From Acidobacteriota bacterium (GTDB lineage: Bacteria > Acidobacteriota > UBA6911 > JACQSX01): a stretch of 35,387 nucleotides of DNA. The notes below the pieces were generated by a model. It did not search any database and was not told the origin of the DNA. It saw nothing but the letters and a program-made list of their open reading frames with translations. Positions within the stretch are counted from its first letter, which is position 1. Each line of letters opens with the position of its first letter. The stretch is from contig DASXQR010000177.1 of NCBI GenBank assembly GCA_036507075.1, positions 1 through 35,387 of the forward strand, written 5' to 3'. Positions 18,103 to 27,545 of the stretch are shown in pieces. The position numbers and the translations under genes are program-made.

Positions 18103-18130
18103 CAACTTTTCCCATACACTCCCGGTCTAA
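18103..18130 (+). promoter_or_regulatory. Candidate autoregulatory ECF promoter
   Basis: CAACTT-N17-TCTAA ending 25 nt before the ATG; resembles the sigmaE/AlgU consensus. Confidence 0.55.
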
Positions 18131-18155
18131 ACCCAGTGAGAAGAGCAGGAGATAG

Positions 18156-18734
18156 ATGGCGCCTGACGATAACGAGTTGATTCTCCAGGCCCAGCAGGGC
18201 GACATGGGGGCGTTCGAGCAGCTTGTGTACCGCTACGATCGTCAGGTCCTGGCGCTGGCCGAGAGCTTTTCGGGTAATGCAGAGGATGCCAAGGATATTT
18301 ACCAGGAGGTCTTCATCCGGGTGTACCGGGCCCTGCCCCGATTCGAATTCCGAAGCAAATTCTCGACCTGGGTGCACCGAATCGTGATCAACAGCTGCCT
18401 TACGCACAAGGCGCGCCGGAAGGATCATCTGATGGACTCAATCGACGAACGGCATACTGCCTTGGACGGCGACTCTTACGCGCTTTCCGATCTGCTGGCC
18501 AGCGACGTGACTGCGGATCAGCACGCGCGGCGCTCCGAGATGTCCCGGCATCTGCAGCAGGCCCTCAACGCCCTCTCTCCACAGCAGAAGATGGTCTTTA
18601 CGCTTCGGCACTATCACGGCCTGAAGCTCAGGGAGATTGCCGGCATGATGACGTGCGCCGAAGGCACTGTGAAGAAATATCTGTTCACCGCAACCGAGCG
18701 GATGCGCGAACAGCTCAAAGGAGTTTATTCGTGA
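18156..18734 (+). CDS. ECF sigma factor (RpoE/SigW-like)
   Basis: GDMGAFEQLV, DAKDIYQEVF, FSTWVHRI and EIA...GTVKKYL; AGGAG RBS. Confidence 0.92.
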   Translation: MAPDDNELILQAQQGDMGAFEQLVYRYDRQVLALAESFSGNAEDAKDIYQEVFIRVYRALPRFEFRSKFSTWVHRIVINSCLTHKARRKDHLMDSIDERHTALDGDSYALSDLLASDVTADQHARRSEMSRHLQQALNALSPQQKMVFTLRHYHGLKLREIAGMMTCAEGTVKKYLFTATERMREQLKGVYS

Positions 18735-19699
18735 AACACGAAGAATTCAGAGAATCCCTGGTGCTCTACCTTTATGACGAGTTGAACGACATGGAAAAAG
18801 ATTCCTTCGCCAAACACCTGAAGGAGTGTCCTTCCTGTTCGGCAGAACTGGAAGAAATAAAGAGGCTGCAGGCGGCCCTGGGAAGCGAGCCGCATGAAAC
18901 GTCAGAAGAGTTGCTTCAGGACGCGCGCCGGCAGCTCTTTTCCGCGCTGCGCCGGGAAACACCCTATGCGCCCGGAAATCGCAATCAAGCCGCCGTTGAG
19001 CCCGGAAGCCGCTGGGGAGGTTGGCTGGTCGGCTTCTTCCCTTACCGCGGCGCCTTTGCCGCGATTGCGACCTTCGCTTTCGGAATTTTTGTCGGATACC
19101 TCGCTTTTTCTCTCACCAGCACCGGAATTTACGTCGCAGGGACCACGCCGGTTGATGACCCGGCCCGCGGCGGAGCAGAGATCAGAAACGTGCGCTTTGT
19201 CGATCCGGATGCCAGAGATGGTCAGGTGGAGCTTGAATATGAGATCCTCCGGCCGGTTCACATCAAGGGAAGCATCGACGATCGCAGGATTCAATGGCTT
19301 TTGAGCCGCGCGCTGACCGGGGATGAGAATCCCGGCGTCCGCCTCGGAGCACTCAATGCGCTGGCAGCGGCCAAGCCCAAAAATCCGGACCGCGAAATCA
19401 GGGAGGCATTGCTCTCGGCCCTTCACTACGACAACAACCCGGGCGTGAGAAAAGAAGCGATCGCCGCTCTTCAGAGGTTCCCTTTCGACACGGAAATCAA
19501 GCGCGCCTTCCTTGATGTGCTGATGCACGAGCAGAACTCGGGCTTGAGGATTGCCGCCATCAGGGGCCTGCAGGCGCGCACAGAACGCGACCTCTCCGAT
19601 CAGGAAGTACTGAAGGTCCTGCGTGACAAAGTGAATTCAGACGAAAATTCCTACGTGCGTATCCAGGCGAGGTCGGTTCTGGAGGAGGTTACGAAATAA
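18731..19699 (+). CDS. Zinc-binding anti-sigma factor with TM segment and HEAT repeats
   Basis: GTGA overlap; HLKECPSC (HxxxCxxC); repeats DENPGVRL, DNNPGVRK, EQNSGLRI and DENSYVRI. Confidence 0.85.
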   Translation: MKHEEFRESLVLYLYDELNDMEKDSFAKHLKECPSCSAELEEIKRLQAALGSEPHETSEELLQDARRQLFSALRRETPYAPGNRNQAAVEPGSRWGGWLVGFFPYRGAFAAIATFAFGIFVGYLAFSLTSTGIYVAGTTPVDDPARGGAEIRNVRFVDPDARDGQVELEYEILRPVHIKGSIDDRRIQWLLSRALTGDENPGVRLGALNALAAAKPKNPDREIREALLSALHYDNNPGVRKEAIAALQRFPFDTEIKRAFLDVLMHEQNSGLRIAAIRGLQARTERDLSDQEVLKVLRDKVNSDENSYVRIQARSVLEEVTK

Positions 19700-20838
19700 T
19701 GAAACGCCAAGACTCCCTTGCTTTAGCCGTGATCTTTCTTTGCATCTCCTTTGCCGGCAGCGGCCTGATTGCCGCCGATCGTTCCCGGTCTTTCGCCGTC
19801 AGCCGCGGGGGAATGCTGGAGGTCAACATCAGCGGCGGAAACATCACGCTCAATCCCTGGGAGAAAAATGAAGTCTTTGTCGCAGCCTCGGGTATCGACG
19901 ATGAAAACGCAGCCCGCTTTGAGATGACACAGACGGGCAATACCGTCCGGGTTGAATATCGCCCGCGTCACGGTTCCGATCGACTGCACCTGGACATCAG
20001 CCTTCCATCCCAGTTCAATACGGATCTTCGCACAGCGGGCGGAAACATCGAGGTCCGCGGCGCGATTTCCGGCAATCTGCTGGGAAGCACGGCCGGCGGC
20101 GACATCCGATTAAATGACGTGAACGGCCGTACCGACATGAAAACCTCCGGAGGAAACGTCACGGCGGGTAACATCCGCGGCGATGCCACCCTTAAGACTT
20201 CAGGCGGCGACATTAACCTGGGAAACGCAGACGGAGTGGTCGATGTTCATACCTCTGGCGGCAACATTCGAATCAGCAACGTGGGCCGCACGGTGACAGC
20301 CAAGACTTCGGGGGGCAATATCGTGGTTGGAAATGTCGGAGGCGAGGCGAATGTTGCCACTTCCGGCGGCAATATTGATGCCGGCAAGATCGCCGGCAGC
20401 GCTCAATTGAACACCGCGGGCGGGAACATCGAACTGAATGGGGCAACCGGAATGGTGACTGCCAGAACCGCCGGGGGGAATCTCAGGCTTCACGATATCT
20501 CGGGATCGATTCAGGCCGCCACGGCCGGCGGCGATGTGGAGGCAGAGCTTATCCCCAGCGGCAAAGGCAACAGCCGCCTGATCACAGCCGGCGGCGACGT
20601 TCGGATTTCCCTGCCCGAAAATTCCAGGGCTTCGATAGAAGCCGTAATCCGGATCCAGAACTGGCGCCGCAACGGAAACCGCTATGAAATCCGTTCCGAT
20701 TTTCCGCACCAGAACTACCGGAAGGACGAGCAATCCGAAGAAATCCGATCCAACTATGTCCTCAACGGAGGGGGCGAAAGAATCACGCTGGAAACGGTCA
20801 ACGGCAACATCGAAATCCGCAAGCTGGGGCGAAGATAA
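19699..20838 (+). CDS. DUF4097-like beta-strand repeat protein
   Basis: Signal peptide and many T(S/A)GG(N/D)I repeats; ends LETVNGNIEI. Confidence 0.85.
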   Translation: MKRQDSLALAVIFLCISFAGSGLIAADRSRSFAVSRGGMLEVNISGGNITLNPWEKNEVFVAASGIDDENAARFEMTQTGNTVRVEYRPRHGSDRLHLDISLPSQFNTDLRTAGGNIEVRGAISGNLLGSTAGGDIRLNDVNGRTDMKTSGGNVTAGNIRGDATLKTSGGDINLGNADGVVDVHTSGGNIRISNVGRTVTAKTSGGNIVVGNVGGEANVATSGGNIDAGKIAGSAQLNTAGGNIELNGATGMVTARTAGGNLRLHDISGSIQAATAGGDVEAELIPSGKGNSRLITAGGDVRISLPENSRASIEAVIRIQNWRRNGNRYEIRSDFPHQNYRKDEQSEEIRSNYVLNGGGERITLETVNGNIEIRKLGRR

Positions 20839-20844
20839 AGATTA

Positions 20845-21025
20845 AACCGCCAAGAACTGAACCGCCAAGAACGCCAAGATCGCCAAGATAAATTATTTAA
20901 GCCTTGTTCCGCCAATACAGCGTTTTCCACGGTTCACTGCTCTACCATGTGGATCCTCTGCAAAAATCGAGTCAACTGGGTAAATCAGAAATCTTGGCGC
21001 TCTTGGCGTTCTTGGCGGTTCAGTT
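20845..21025. repeat. Palindromic element, CGCCAAGA 9-mer family
   Basis: 20855-20889 and 20991-21025 are inverted copies matching at 34 of 35 nt. Confidence 0.9.
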
Positions 21026-24000
21026 TTAAGCTCGGGCCGGCCAGGATCGAATAAAGCGTTGGCACAAAGACCAGGGTAATCAAGGTGGACAGCGTCAGGC
21101 CGCCTATGACGGCGACGGCCAGCGGCCGTTGCAGCTCGGCGCCGCTTCCAAGGCCCAGCGCCAGGGGCAGTAATCCAAAAAGCGTGCAAAGTGTTGTCAT
21201 CAGAATCGGCCGCAGGCGCACGCGCGCAGCCTGAACCAGCGCCTCATGAAAATCAATATCGGGCTTCGCCGCAAGCGCGTCAGTGTAATCGAGCAGGATA
21301 ATTCCGTTCTTCACGACCAGGCCAATGAGCAGGATCAAACCCATGAAGGAAGAGACATTGAGCGGAATGCCGATGAGCCACAGCAAACCGAGCGCTCCTA
21401 CGATTGCCAGCGGAGCCGCGCTCAGGATGACCAGCGCGGGGACAAATCTTCTGAACTGCCCTACGATCACGGCAAATACCAGCAGTATGGATATCATCAG
21501 AACGGTTATCAGGTCTCGAAAAGCCCGCTGTTGGCTTTCGTACTGGCCGCCGATCTCGTAACTGTACCCGAGCGGCATCACCACTTTTTCCATCATCGAT
21601 TTCACGTCTCGCACTGCGCTCCCCAGGTCCCGGTTCTCCAGCCGCCCCGTGACAGAGACCATCTGCTTTAAATCCTCGCGGTAGAGTTGCGTCTGCCCTT
21701 CCTGCATTTCAACGCGCGCCACAGAGGAAAGCGGCGTTACCTGGTCCTTGGAATTCTTCAGCGGAAAATTGCGTACCCATTCAAAATTGAAGCGGTAGCG
21801 GTCCGGAAGCCGCAAACGAACCGGAATCAGGCGGTCCGCTTCACGCACGCTTGTGGGCTTAACACCCAGCAATCCTTCTTCCAGTTGCGTCGTGATCTGG
21901 CGCGCATCCAGGCCCGATTGGGCGGTGCGCACCGGATCGATATTGACCACCATTTCCGGATTTCCGCGAAGGATTCCCTTGATGTCGACCACGCCCTCAA
22001 TGTGCTTCAACTTTTCTTCAACCTGGCGCGCGAGATCTTCCAGTTGGCTGAGGTCGTCGCCGAAAAGTTTGACTTCAATCGGCTCGGGGTTGCCTTCCAG
22101 ATCGCCCAGCAGATCAGAAAGTATCTGCACAAATTCTATAGTGACGCCGGGAACCCGTTCCGCCATCCTGGCGCGCTGCTCTTCGATGATCTCCTCGGCG
22201 TGACGCTCCCGTTTCTCCTTTAACTTTACGACGATATCGCCCCGGTTCTGCTCGGTGGCGAATAGGCCCATTTCGGCTCCCGTGCGGCGCGCAAAGCCCT
22301 GCACTTCAGGCGTCTCGCTCAGTACTGCTTCTATTCTCCGCACCATCTGGTCCGTTTCAGCGAGCGACGTTCCCTCGGGCGTCCAGTAATCCACTACATA
22401 GCCGCCTTCGTCCATTTCCGGCAGGAATCCCGTTTCCATACGATAGTAAAAGAACAAGCCCGCCAGACTCAGCAGAATCACTACGCCAATCACGAACCAT
22501 CGAAAACGGAGCGCGCGGCGTACTCCCGACTCTGCCAGACTTTCAAGATGAAAGGATCTTTCCGGCCGCTTGGACTTCGGGGCGGCAGAGGACGATGGAT
22601 GAGCCCGACCTTTGAAGGAATCGACCAGCACCGGGATCAGAAAAAGCGCCAGAAAAAGCGAAATCAACACAGCCGTAGCCAATGTAATGGACAGAGCGGC
22701 AAAGAACTGCCCCACCACTCCCTGCAGTAGTCCCAACGGGAGAAAAACGACCACCGTTGTGAGCGTCGATCCGATTACGGGAGCCACCAGCTCATTGGTT
22801 CCCAGCTCGATGGCCGAAGGCATCGCCATCCCTTCGTCCAGATGGCGGTGGATGTTCTCCACCACCACTATGGCGTCGTCGATCACCAGTCCAATCGCAA
22901 CCGCCATTCCGCCCATCGACATCAAGTTAATGGTGGTTCCGAAAACTCGCATAAAGAAAAACGTTCCTACGATGGTGAGCGGCAGCGTGGTGGAGGCGAT
23001 CAGCGTGATCCGCCAGTCTCTCAGGAAAACGATCAGCACTATCACGGCCAGCACGCCGCCAATCAGGATGGCGTCGCGCACGCTGGCAATGGATGACTTG
23101 ACGAATTCGGCAAGGTCGTAAACCACGGAAAACCGCAATGCCGGGGGCAGCGTGGGCTTCATCTGCCGCACCGCTTCCTTCACCTCATCGGCCACCTGTA
23201 TGATATTGCCTCCAATTTGCCGGCTGACATTGACCAGCGCGCCGGGTTTGCCATTACCGCTGATAAGAATGAGCGGATCTTCAATGCCGTAATCCACCGT
23301 GGCGATGTCGCCGATGCGAACCGGGACCTGGTTTCGATAGGCGACGACCGTTTGCCGGATGTCGGAAAGGTTTTTCAATTCGCCGCTGGCAAGAACCAGA
23401 AAGTTTTTATAGTCCTTGGGCAGCCGGCCCACGCTGGCGATAACGTTCGCCCGTGCCAGCGATTCCCTCACATCGTCCAATCCTAATTGGGCCGCCTGCA
23501 GCCGCGATGGATCGATGATGACGGAGATCTCCCGCACGTCGCTCCCCAGCGCTTCCACCCGAGAAACACCGGCGATCCTGCTGAGACGCGGGCGAATTTG
23601 AAAAAACGCGATCTCCCGGACATCGCTCGGAGGCAGATCGCCGGTAACGTTGATGGTAAGAATTGGAAACAGGGAAGGTGTCAGCCGTTCCACCACCATG
23701 GACGTGTCCGGGGGCAAGGATTCCTTTGTCTCGCCCAGGCGCGCCTGCGTCAGTTGCAGCGCGGCCTGCATGTCCGCTCCCGGCTGGAACTGGATATTGA
23801 CTTCCGTGGATCCACGAATGGTTTTAGACCGAACTCTCCAGACACCCAGCACCGTGCGCGCCGATTCCTCCAATGGCCGCGTCACCGCCAGCATCATGTT
23901 GCGCGGCGAAAGGTGATCGGAGCTGGCGACGATCGTGATGCGGGGGAATTCTACTTCCGGATAAATATTGCTGGGCAACTGAAACGCAGCCAGCAAACCG

Positions 24001-24071
24001 GCGGCGCAGAGGAGAAGCACAGCCAGCAGGATCAACTTCGAATTGGCCAGCGAAGCGCGCGCGACGTTCAC
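20985..24071 (-). CDS. RND efflux permease (AcrB/CusA/CzcA superfamily)
   Basis: 1028 aa; AIGLVIDDAIVVVENI, GFLPEMDEG, RLRPILMTT and PLAVAVIGG. Confidence 0.93.
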   Translation of the reverse strand: MNVARASLANSKLILLAVLLLCAAGLLAAFQLPSNIYPEVEFPRITIVASSDHLSPRNMMLAVTRPLEESARTVLGVWRVRSKTIRGSTEVNIQFQPGADMQAALQLTQARLGETKESLPPDTSMVVERLTPSLFPILTINVTGDLPPSDVREIAFFQIRPRLSRIAGVSRVEALGSDVREISVIIDPSRLQAAQLGLDDVRESLARANVIASVGRLPKDYKNFLVLASGELKNLSDIRQTVVAYRNQVPVRIGDIATVDYGIEDPLILISGNGKPGALVNVSRQIGGNIIQVADEVKEAVRQMKPTLPPALRFSVVYDLAEFVKSSIASVRDAILIGGVLAVIVLIVFLRDWRITLIASTTLPLTIVGTFFFMRVFGTTINLMSMGGMAVAIGLVIDDAIVVVENIHRHLDEGMAMPSAIELGTNELVAPVIGSTLTTVVVFLPLGLLQGVVGQFFAALSITLATAVLISLFLALFLIPVLVDSFKGRAHPSSSAAPKSKRPERSFHLESLAESGVRRALRFRWFVIGVVILLSLAGLFFYYRMETGFLPEMDEGGYVVDYWTPEGTSLAETDQMVRRIEAVLSETPEVQGFARRTGAEMGLFATEQNRGDIVVKLKEKRERHAEEIIEEQRARMAERVPGVTIEFVQILSDLLGDLEGNPEPIEVKLFGDDLSQLEDLARQVEEKLKHIEGVVDIKGILRGNPEMVVNIDPVRTAQSGLDARQITTQLEEGLLGVKPTSVREADRLIPVRLRLPDRYRFNFEWVRNFPLKNSKDQVTPLSSVARVEMQEGQTQLYREDLKQMVSVTGRLENRDLGSAVRDVKSMMEKVVMPLGYSYEIGGQYESQQRAFRDLITVLMISILLVFAVIVGQFRRFVPALVILSAAPLAIVGALGLLWLIGIPLNVSSFMGLILLIGLVVKNGIILLDYTDALAAKPDIDFHEALVQAARVRLRPILMTTLCTLFGLLPLALGLGSGAELQRPLAVAVIGGLTLSTLITLVFVPTLYSILAGPSLKLNRQERQERQDF

Positions 24072-25228
24072 TTGTCGATGATGATATGGGCCTTATCTTC
24101 CAACCCGTAATTTCCGGAGATCAAGACGATTTCTCCCGCCGACACCCCCGAAATAATTTCCGTACTACCTTCCTCTTGCAACCCCACAACGACCGGGCGC
24201 CGCGTTGCCATGTCCTTCTGCACGGTGTAGACGCTGGAGCCCTTCTCTGATTTGACAACGGCCGTCGCGGGCACCAGGACTGTATCCGGATGTCGCTGCA
24301 GAACCAGTTTCGCCTGGACATACATGGCCACCCTGAGAAGCCTCCCCGGGTTTTGGACCCTCAGCCGTACCTCGGCAGTGTCGGTGGTCGGATCGACCGC
24401 GCCGGCGACCGTCAGGATTTGCCCGCTGAACTGGTTATCGGGATAGGAAGGCGAAACGATGGGCATTCGATTTCCCGGGCGGACTTTCGTCAGATAGCGG
24501 CTCGGTACTCTTGCCTCCATCTCCACCACGTCGATGCTTCCAATTTCCAGGACCGGATCGGAGGGACTGCCCGTGGCCTGTTCTCCAGAATTGAGAAGGC
24601 GTTTCAACACTACCCCCGAAAGGGGAGCGAACAACTGGCAGCGATCCACCTGAATCTGTGCCGCGTCGCGAGCCGCCTGGGACTTTTGAAGCTCGGCCTG
24701 CGCCACCCGAAATTGAGCTTCTGAATCTTGAACTTCCTTTCCTGCGGCGATTCCTTTCTGGAACAGCGAGCGATTCCGCTCCATTTCCTTGCGCGCATTC
24801 TCCAGACTTGCTTCCGCCTGGCGGACCGAAGCCTGGGCCTGCGCGTGTTGTTCCCGATAGGTGGTCGAATCCAAGCGCGCCACCAGTTGACCCTTGCGAA
24901 CATTATCGCCCTCGGCGGGAAATACATCGGTAATTCGACCGCTGACCAGGAAGCTTACCTTCACATCCGAATTCGGTAATGCGGAAATTACGCCCGGGAC
25001 ATCGACGGCTTCAGTGATGGCGCCTTTTCTTGCTGATCCGATCTTGACGTGGACGGTGGGGACCGGAGCGGCCGCTTCCTCCGTTTCCTCGGGCGCCTTG
25101 GAACAGGCTCCGGAGAAGATCAACATCAACAAGACAAACCGCCAAGAGCGCCAAGACCGCAAAGAGACTGAATGCCAGATCGAAGAAATTCGCTCGTGTT
25201 CGGCTAAATGGTGATCAGGGAGTCTCAT
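24068..25228 (-). CDS. RND periplasmic adaptor (MFP), probable lipoprotein; start uncertain
   Basis: SGAC lipobox-like, EGDNVRKGQLVARLD, helical hairpin, APLSGVV and VDPTTDT. Confidence 0.88.
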   Translation of the reverse strand: MRLPDHHLAEHERISSIWHSVSLRSWRSWRFVLLMLIFSGACSKAPEETEEAAAPVPTVHVKIGSARKGAITEAVDVPGVISALPNSDVKVSFLVSGRITDVFPAEGDNVRKGQLVARLDSTTYREQHAQAQASVRQAEASLENARKEMERNRSLFQKGIAAGKEVQDSEAQFRVAQAELQKSQAARDAAQIQVDRCQLFAPLSGVVLKRLLNSGEQATGSPSDPVLEIGSIDVVEMEARVPSRYLTKVRPGNRMPIVSPSYPDNQFSGQILTVAGAVDPTTDTAEVRLRVQNPGRLLRVAMYVQAKLVLQRHPDTVLVPATAVVKSEKGSSVYTVQKDMATRRPVVVGLQEEGSTEIISGVSAGEIVLISGNYGLEDKAHIIIDK

Positions 25229-25304
25229 GATGCGTAGTCACTGCGCTCGTCAAAACGATAGAAGCGGATTGATATCCGTGGCGGTCTTGGCGCTCTTGGC
25301 GGTT
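25137..25304. repeat. Palindromic element, CGCCAAGA 9-mer family
   Basis: 25137-25160 AACCGCCAAGAGCGCCAAGACCGC is the exact reverse complement of 25281-25304. Confidence 0.9.
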
Positions 25305-25310
25305 CATTCT

Positions 25311-26648
25311 TTACGGGAGCGGCACACCGGCCACTTCTTCGAGTTCCGCGGCCGACATCTGGAAATCGAATTCGGCTTGCAGAGATTCTACACGCACGTC
25401 GCGCAGGCTCTTTTGCGCTTCCAGCACCGTCAGGATTGAGCTTTTCCCTTCGCGGTAACTCTCTTCTGCCAGCCTCTCCAGTTCCAGCGCCGCGGGAACG
25501 ATCTCCGTCTGAAAACTGCGCATCCGCGTTCGCTGCGCCTCGAGCCTGGCCAGAGCCGACTGCACCAGGCCTTCCACTCGCCGCCGGATTGCCTGGTGGG
25601 CCAACTTAATCTGCTCCTGCAGGGCGCGTGTCTGCTCGATTTGTCCTGCGCGCTTCTTATGAAGCGGCAGCTCAATGCTGAAACCTGCGCGAGGTCCCGC
25701 CGCAAATTCCGGCGTCCAGCTATCCACACCGGCGATTAGATTCAAATCAGGATAGGCTTCCGCCTTGAACAATCGGAGTCTCTGATTTTCCACTTCGAGC
25801 TGAATACTCAGCAATTGTAGTTCTGGATTCTCTCGCAGCGCCGTTGCCAGGTAAACGGCAGACTGAAAGTCGGGGGCAAATTCACTGAGCGATCCGCTCA
25901 CCGGGACTCGTTCTTCTGCCGTCAGGTTCAGCACCGTCCGCAGTTCCGCCTCGGAGGCGAGCCTCTGCTTCTGCTCGAACTCGAGACCCGCGCGCGCTCT
26001 GGAAAGCCCCAGCCCCGCCTGCAGTGTTTCCAGGAACGCGACGGCGCCTGCCTTGTAGCGTTCTTCCGCGGTATTAAACACGCGTTGAGCGATTTCTACT
26101 TCCGCTTCGGCCAGCGCGATGCGCTGATCGGCAAGCATCCTACCGTAAAAGGCCTTCCTCAAGTCACGCCTCAGTTTGCGGAAGGCATCGGCCAGCTCTG
26201 CGTCCTGGAGCTTGAGCTCGCTCTCAGCCAGGCCGATCCGACGCGCGCGCTTTCCACCCAGTTCTACCGGTACCTCGAGCAGTGTCGAAAGGTGTGGCGT
26301 GTCCTTGGCTATCTCGGCGCTCAGCAGTGGATTGGGACGCTGCGCCGCGATTCGCAATTCCGCCTGCCGGATGGCATACTTTGCGCGGGCTGCCTGCACC
26401 TCCAAATTGCGCTGCTGGGCCAGTTGATAAACTGTCGGGTAGGAGCTTGTTCCGCCAGCTGTCTGGGCCGAAATCGACTGCGGGCCGGCCAAGGGGAGCT
26501 CAATCACAGCGCAGCAGAATAAAGTCCGGCAAGCCACGAACCGCCACGTTCTTAAGCTCGGGAACACGCTGGGGCGCACAAACGTCGCAATATATCCCAC
26601 AATCCGTCGAATCCGGAAATATTGTATAGTGCTCGCGAACACTACCAA
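25311..26648 (-). CDS. TolC/CzcC-family outer membrane factor (true start probably a later GTG, 26600 or 26579)
   Basis: RPNP, PVELGGKRARRI and YREGKSSILTVLEAQ; upstream of MFP and RND. Confidence 0.85.
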   Translation of the reverse strand: MVVFASTIQYFRIRRIVGYIATFVRPSVFPSLRTWRFVACRTLFCCAVIELPLAGPQSISAQTAGGTSSYPTVYQLAQQRNLEVQAARAKYAIRQAELRIAAQRPNPLLSAEIAKDTPHLSTLLEVPVELGGKRARRIGLAESELKLQDAELADAFRKLRRDLRKAFYGRMLADQRIALAEAEVEIAQRVFNTAEERYKAGAVAFLETLQAGLGLSRARAGLEFEQKQRLASEAELRTVLNLTAEERVPVSGSLSEFAPDFQSAVYLATALRENPELQLLSIQLEVENQRLRLFKAEAYPDLNLIAGVDSWTPEFAAGPRAGFSIELPLHKKRAGQIEQTRALQEQIKLAHQAIRRRVEGLVQSALARLEAQRTRMRSFQTEIVPAALELERLAEESYREGKSSILTVLEAQKSLRDVRVESLQAEFDFQMSAAELEEVAGVPLP

Positions 26649-26661
26649 GAATGGAGTTGCA

Positions 26662-27486
26662 ATGATTCAATGCCGCCCGCTGTATCAGGCTTTTTCACAT
26701 CTTGCTGTTTCCCTGACCTTCGTTTTGAGCTCCAGCATTTTCGCTCAGAGTACCCGACAGCCCAAGAAATTCGAAATCACGGATAACTCATTCTTCATCG
26801 AGGAAGCATTCAATCAGGAGCGCGGTGTGGTGCAGCATATTTTCAATGCCCTGCGCAGCCGCGGTCGTGCAGCGGTTCCCAACACCTGGGACTTCACCTT
26901 CACGCAGGAGTGGCCGCTCGATGGAATGCGACACCAGTTTTCCTATACCATTCCGGCATCGTCCACAGACAATCAGGACTCCGGGCTGGGTGACATACTT
27001 CTTAACTACCGCTTTCAGGCTGCCGAAGAGGAGCGCAATGGATTTGCCATGGCGCCGCGATTGAGCGTGATACTCCCCAGCGGAAGCGAGCGGAAAGGTT
27101 TCGGACAGGGATCACCCGGCGTGCAGGTCAATTTGCCGGTGAGCCGTCAGGTTTCCGATTTTTATTTCCACTTCAATTCGGGAGGAATGTGGTTCCCCGG
27201 AGCAAGCTCGGAATTTCAGAGCTATAACCTGGGCGGCAGCGTGATCTGGCGAACCAATGCGCGCCTGAACCTGATGACCGAATTCGTGGCGTTTGCCGAA
27301 AGAAGTCGGATCGACGAACGAACGTCATGGCAGTACCCGGCGCTGGTCATTCCCGGCTTTCGCAGCGCAATCGACGTGGGAAGCACGCAAATCGTCTGGG
27401 GGGCGGGTGTTCCACTCGGGCTGAGCAACGCAACACCACCACGCGGGTTGTTTCTCTATTTTTCGGTGGAACATCCGTTTAAATAA
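26662..27486 (+). CDS. Putative outer-membrane beta-barrel protein
   Basis: GGAG RBS, signal peptide, ITDNSFFIEEAFNQE, SGLGDILLNYRF and C-terminal LYFSVEHPFK. Confidence 0.65.
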   Translation: MIQCRPLYQAFSHLAVSLTFVLSSSIFAQSTRQPKKFEITDNSFFIEEAFNQERGVVQHIFNALRSRGRAAVPNTWDFTFTQEWPLDGMRHQFSYTIPASSTDNQDSGLGDILLNYRFQAAEEERNGFAMAPRLSVILPSGSERKGFGQGSPGVQVNLPVSRQVSDFYFHFNSGGMWFPGASSEFQSYNLGGSVIWRTNARLNLMTEFVAFAERSRIDERTSWQYPALVIPGFRSAIDVGSTQIVWGAGVPLGLSNATPPRGLFLYFSVEHPFK

Positions 27487-27494
27487 CGTAAACC

Positions 27495-27537
27495 CGGCAT
27501 AACCCGCAAAAAAATTTCTTTTTGCGGGTTTATGCCG
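27495..27537. terminator. Hairpin between convergent genes, possible bidirectional terminator
   Basis: CGGCATAACCCGCAAAAA...TTTTTGCGGGTTTATGCCG. Confidence 0.55.
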
Positions 27538-27545
27538 CCTTTGAC

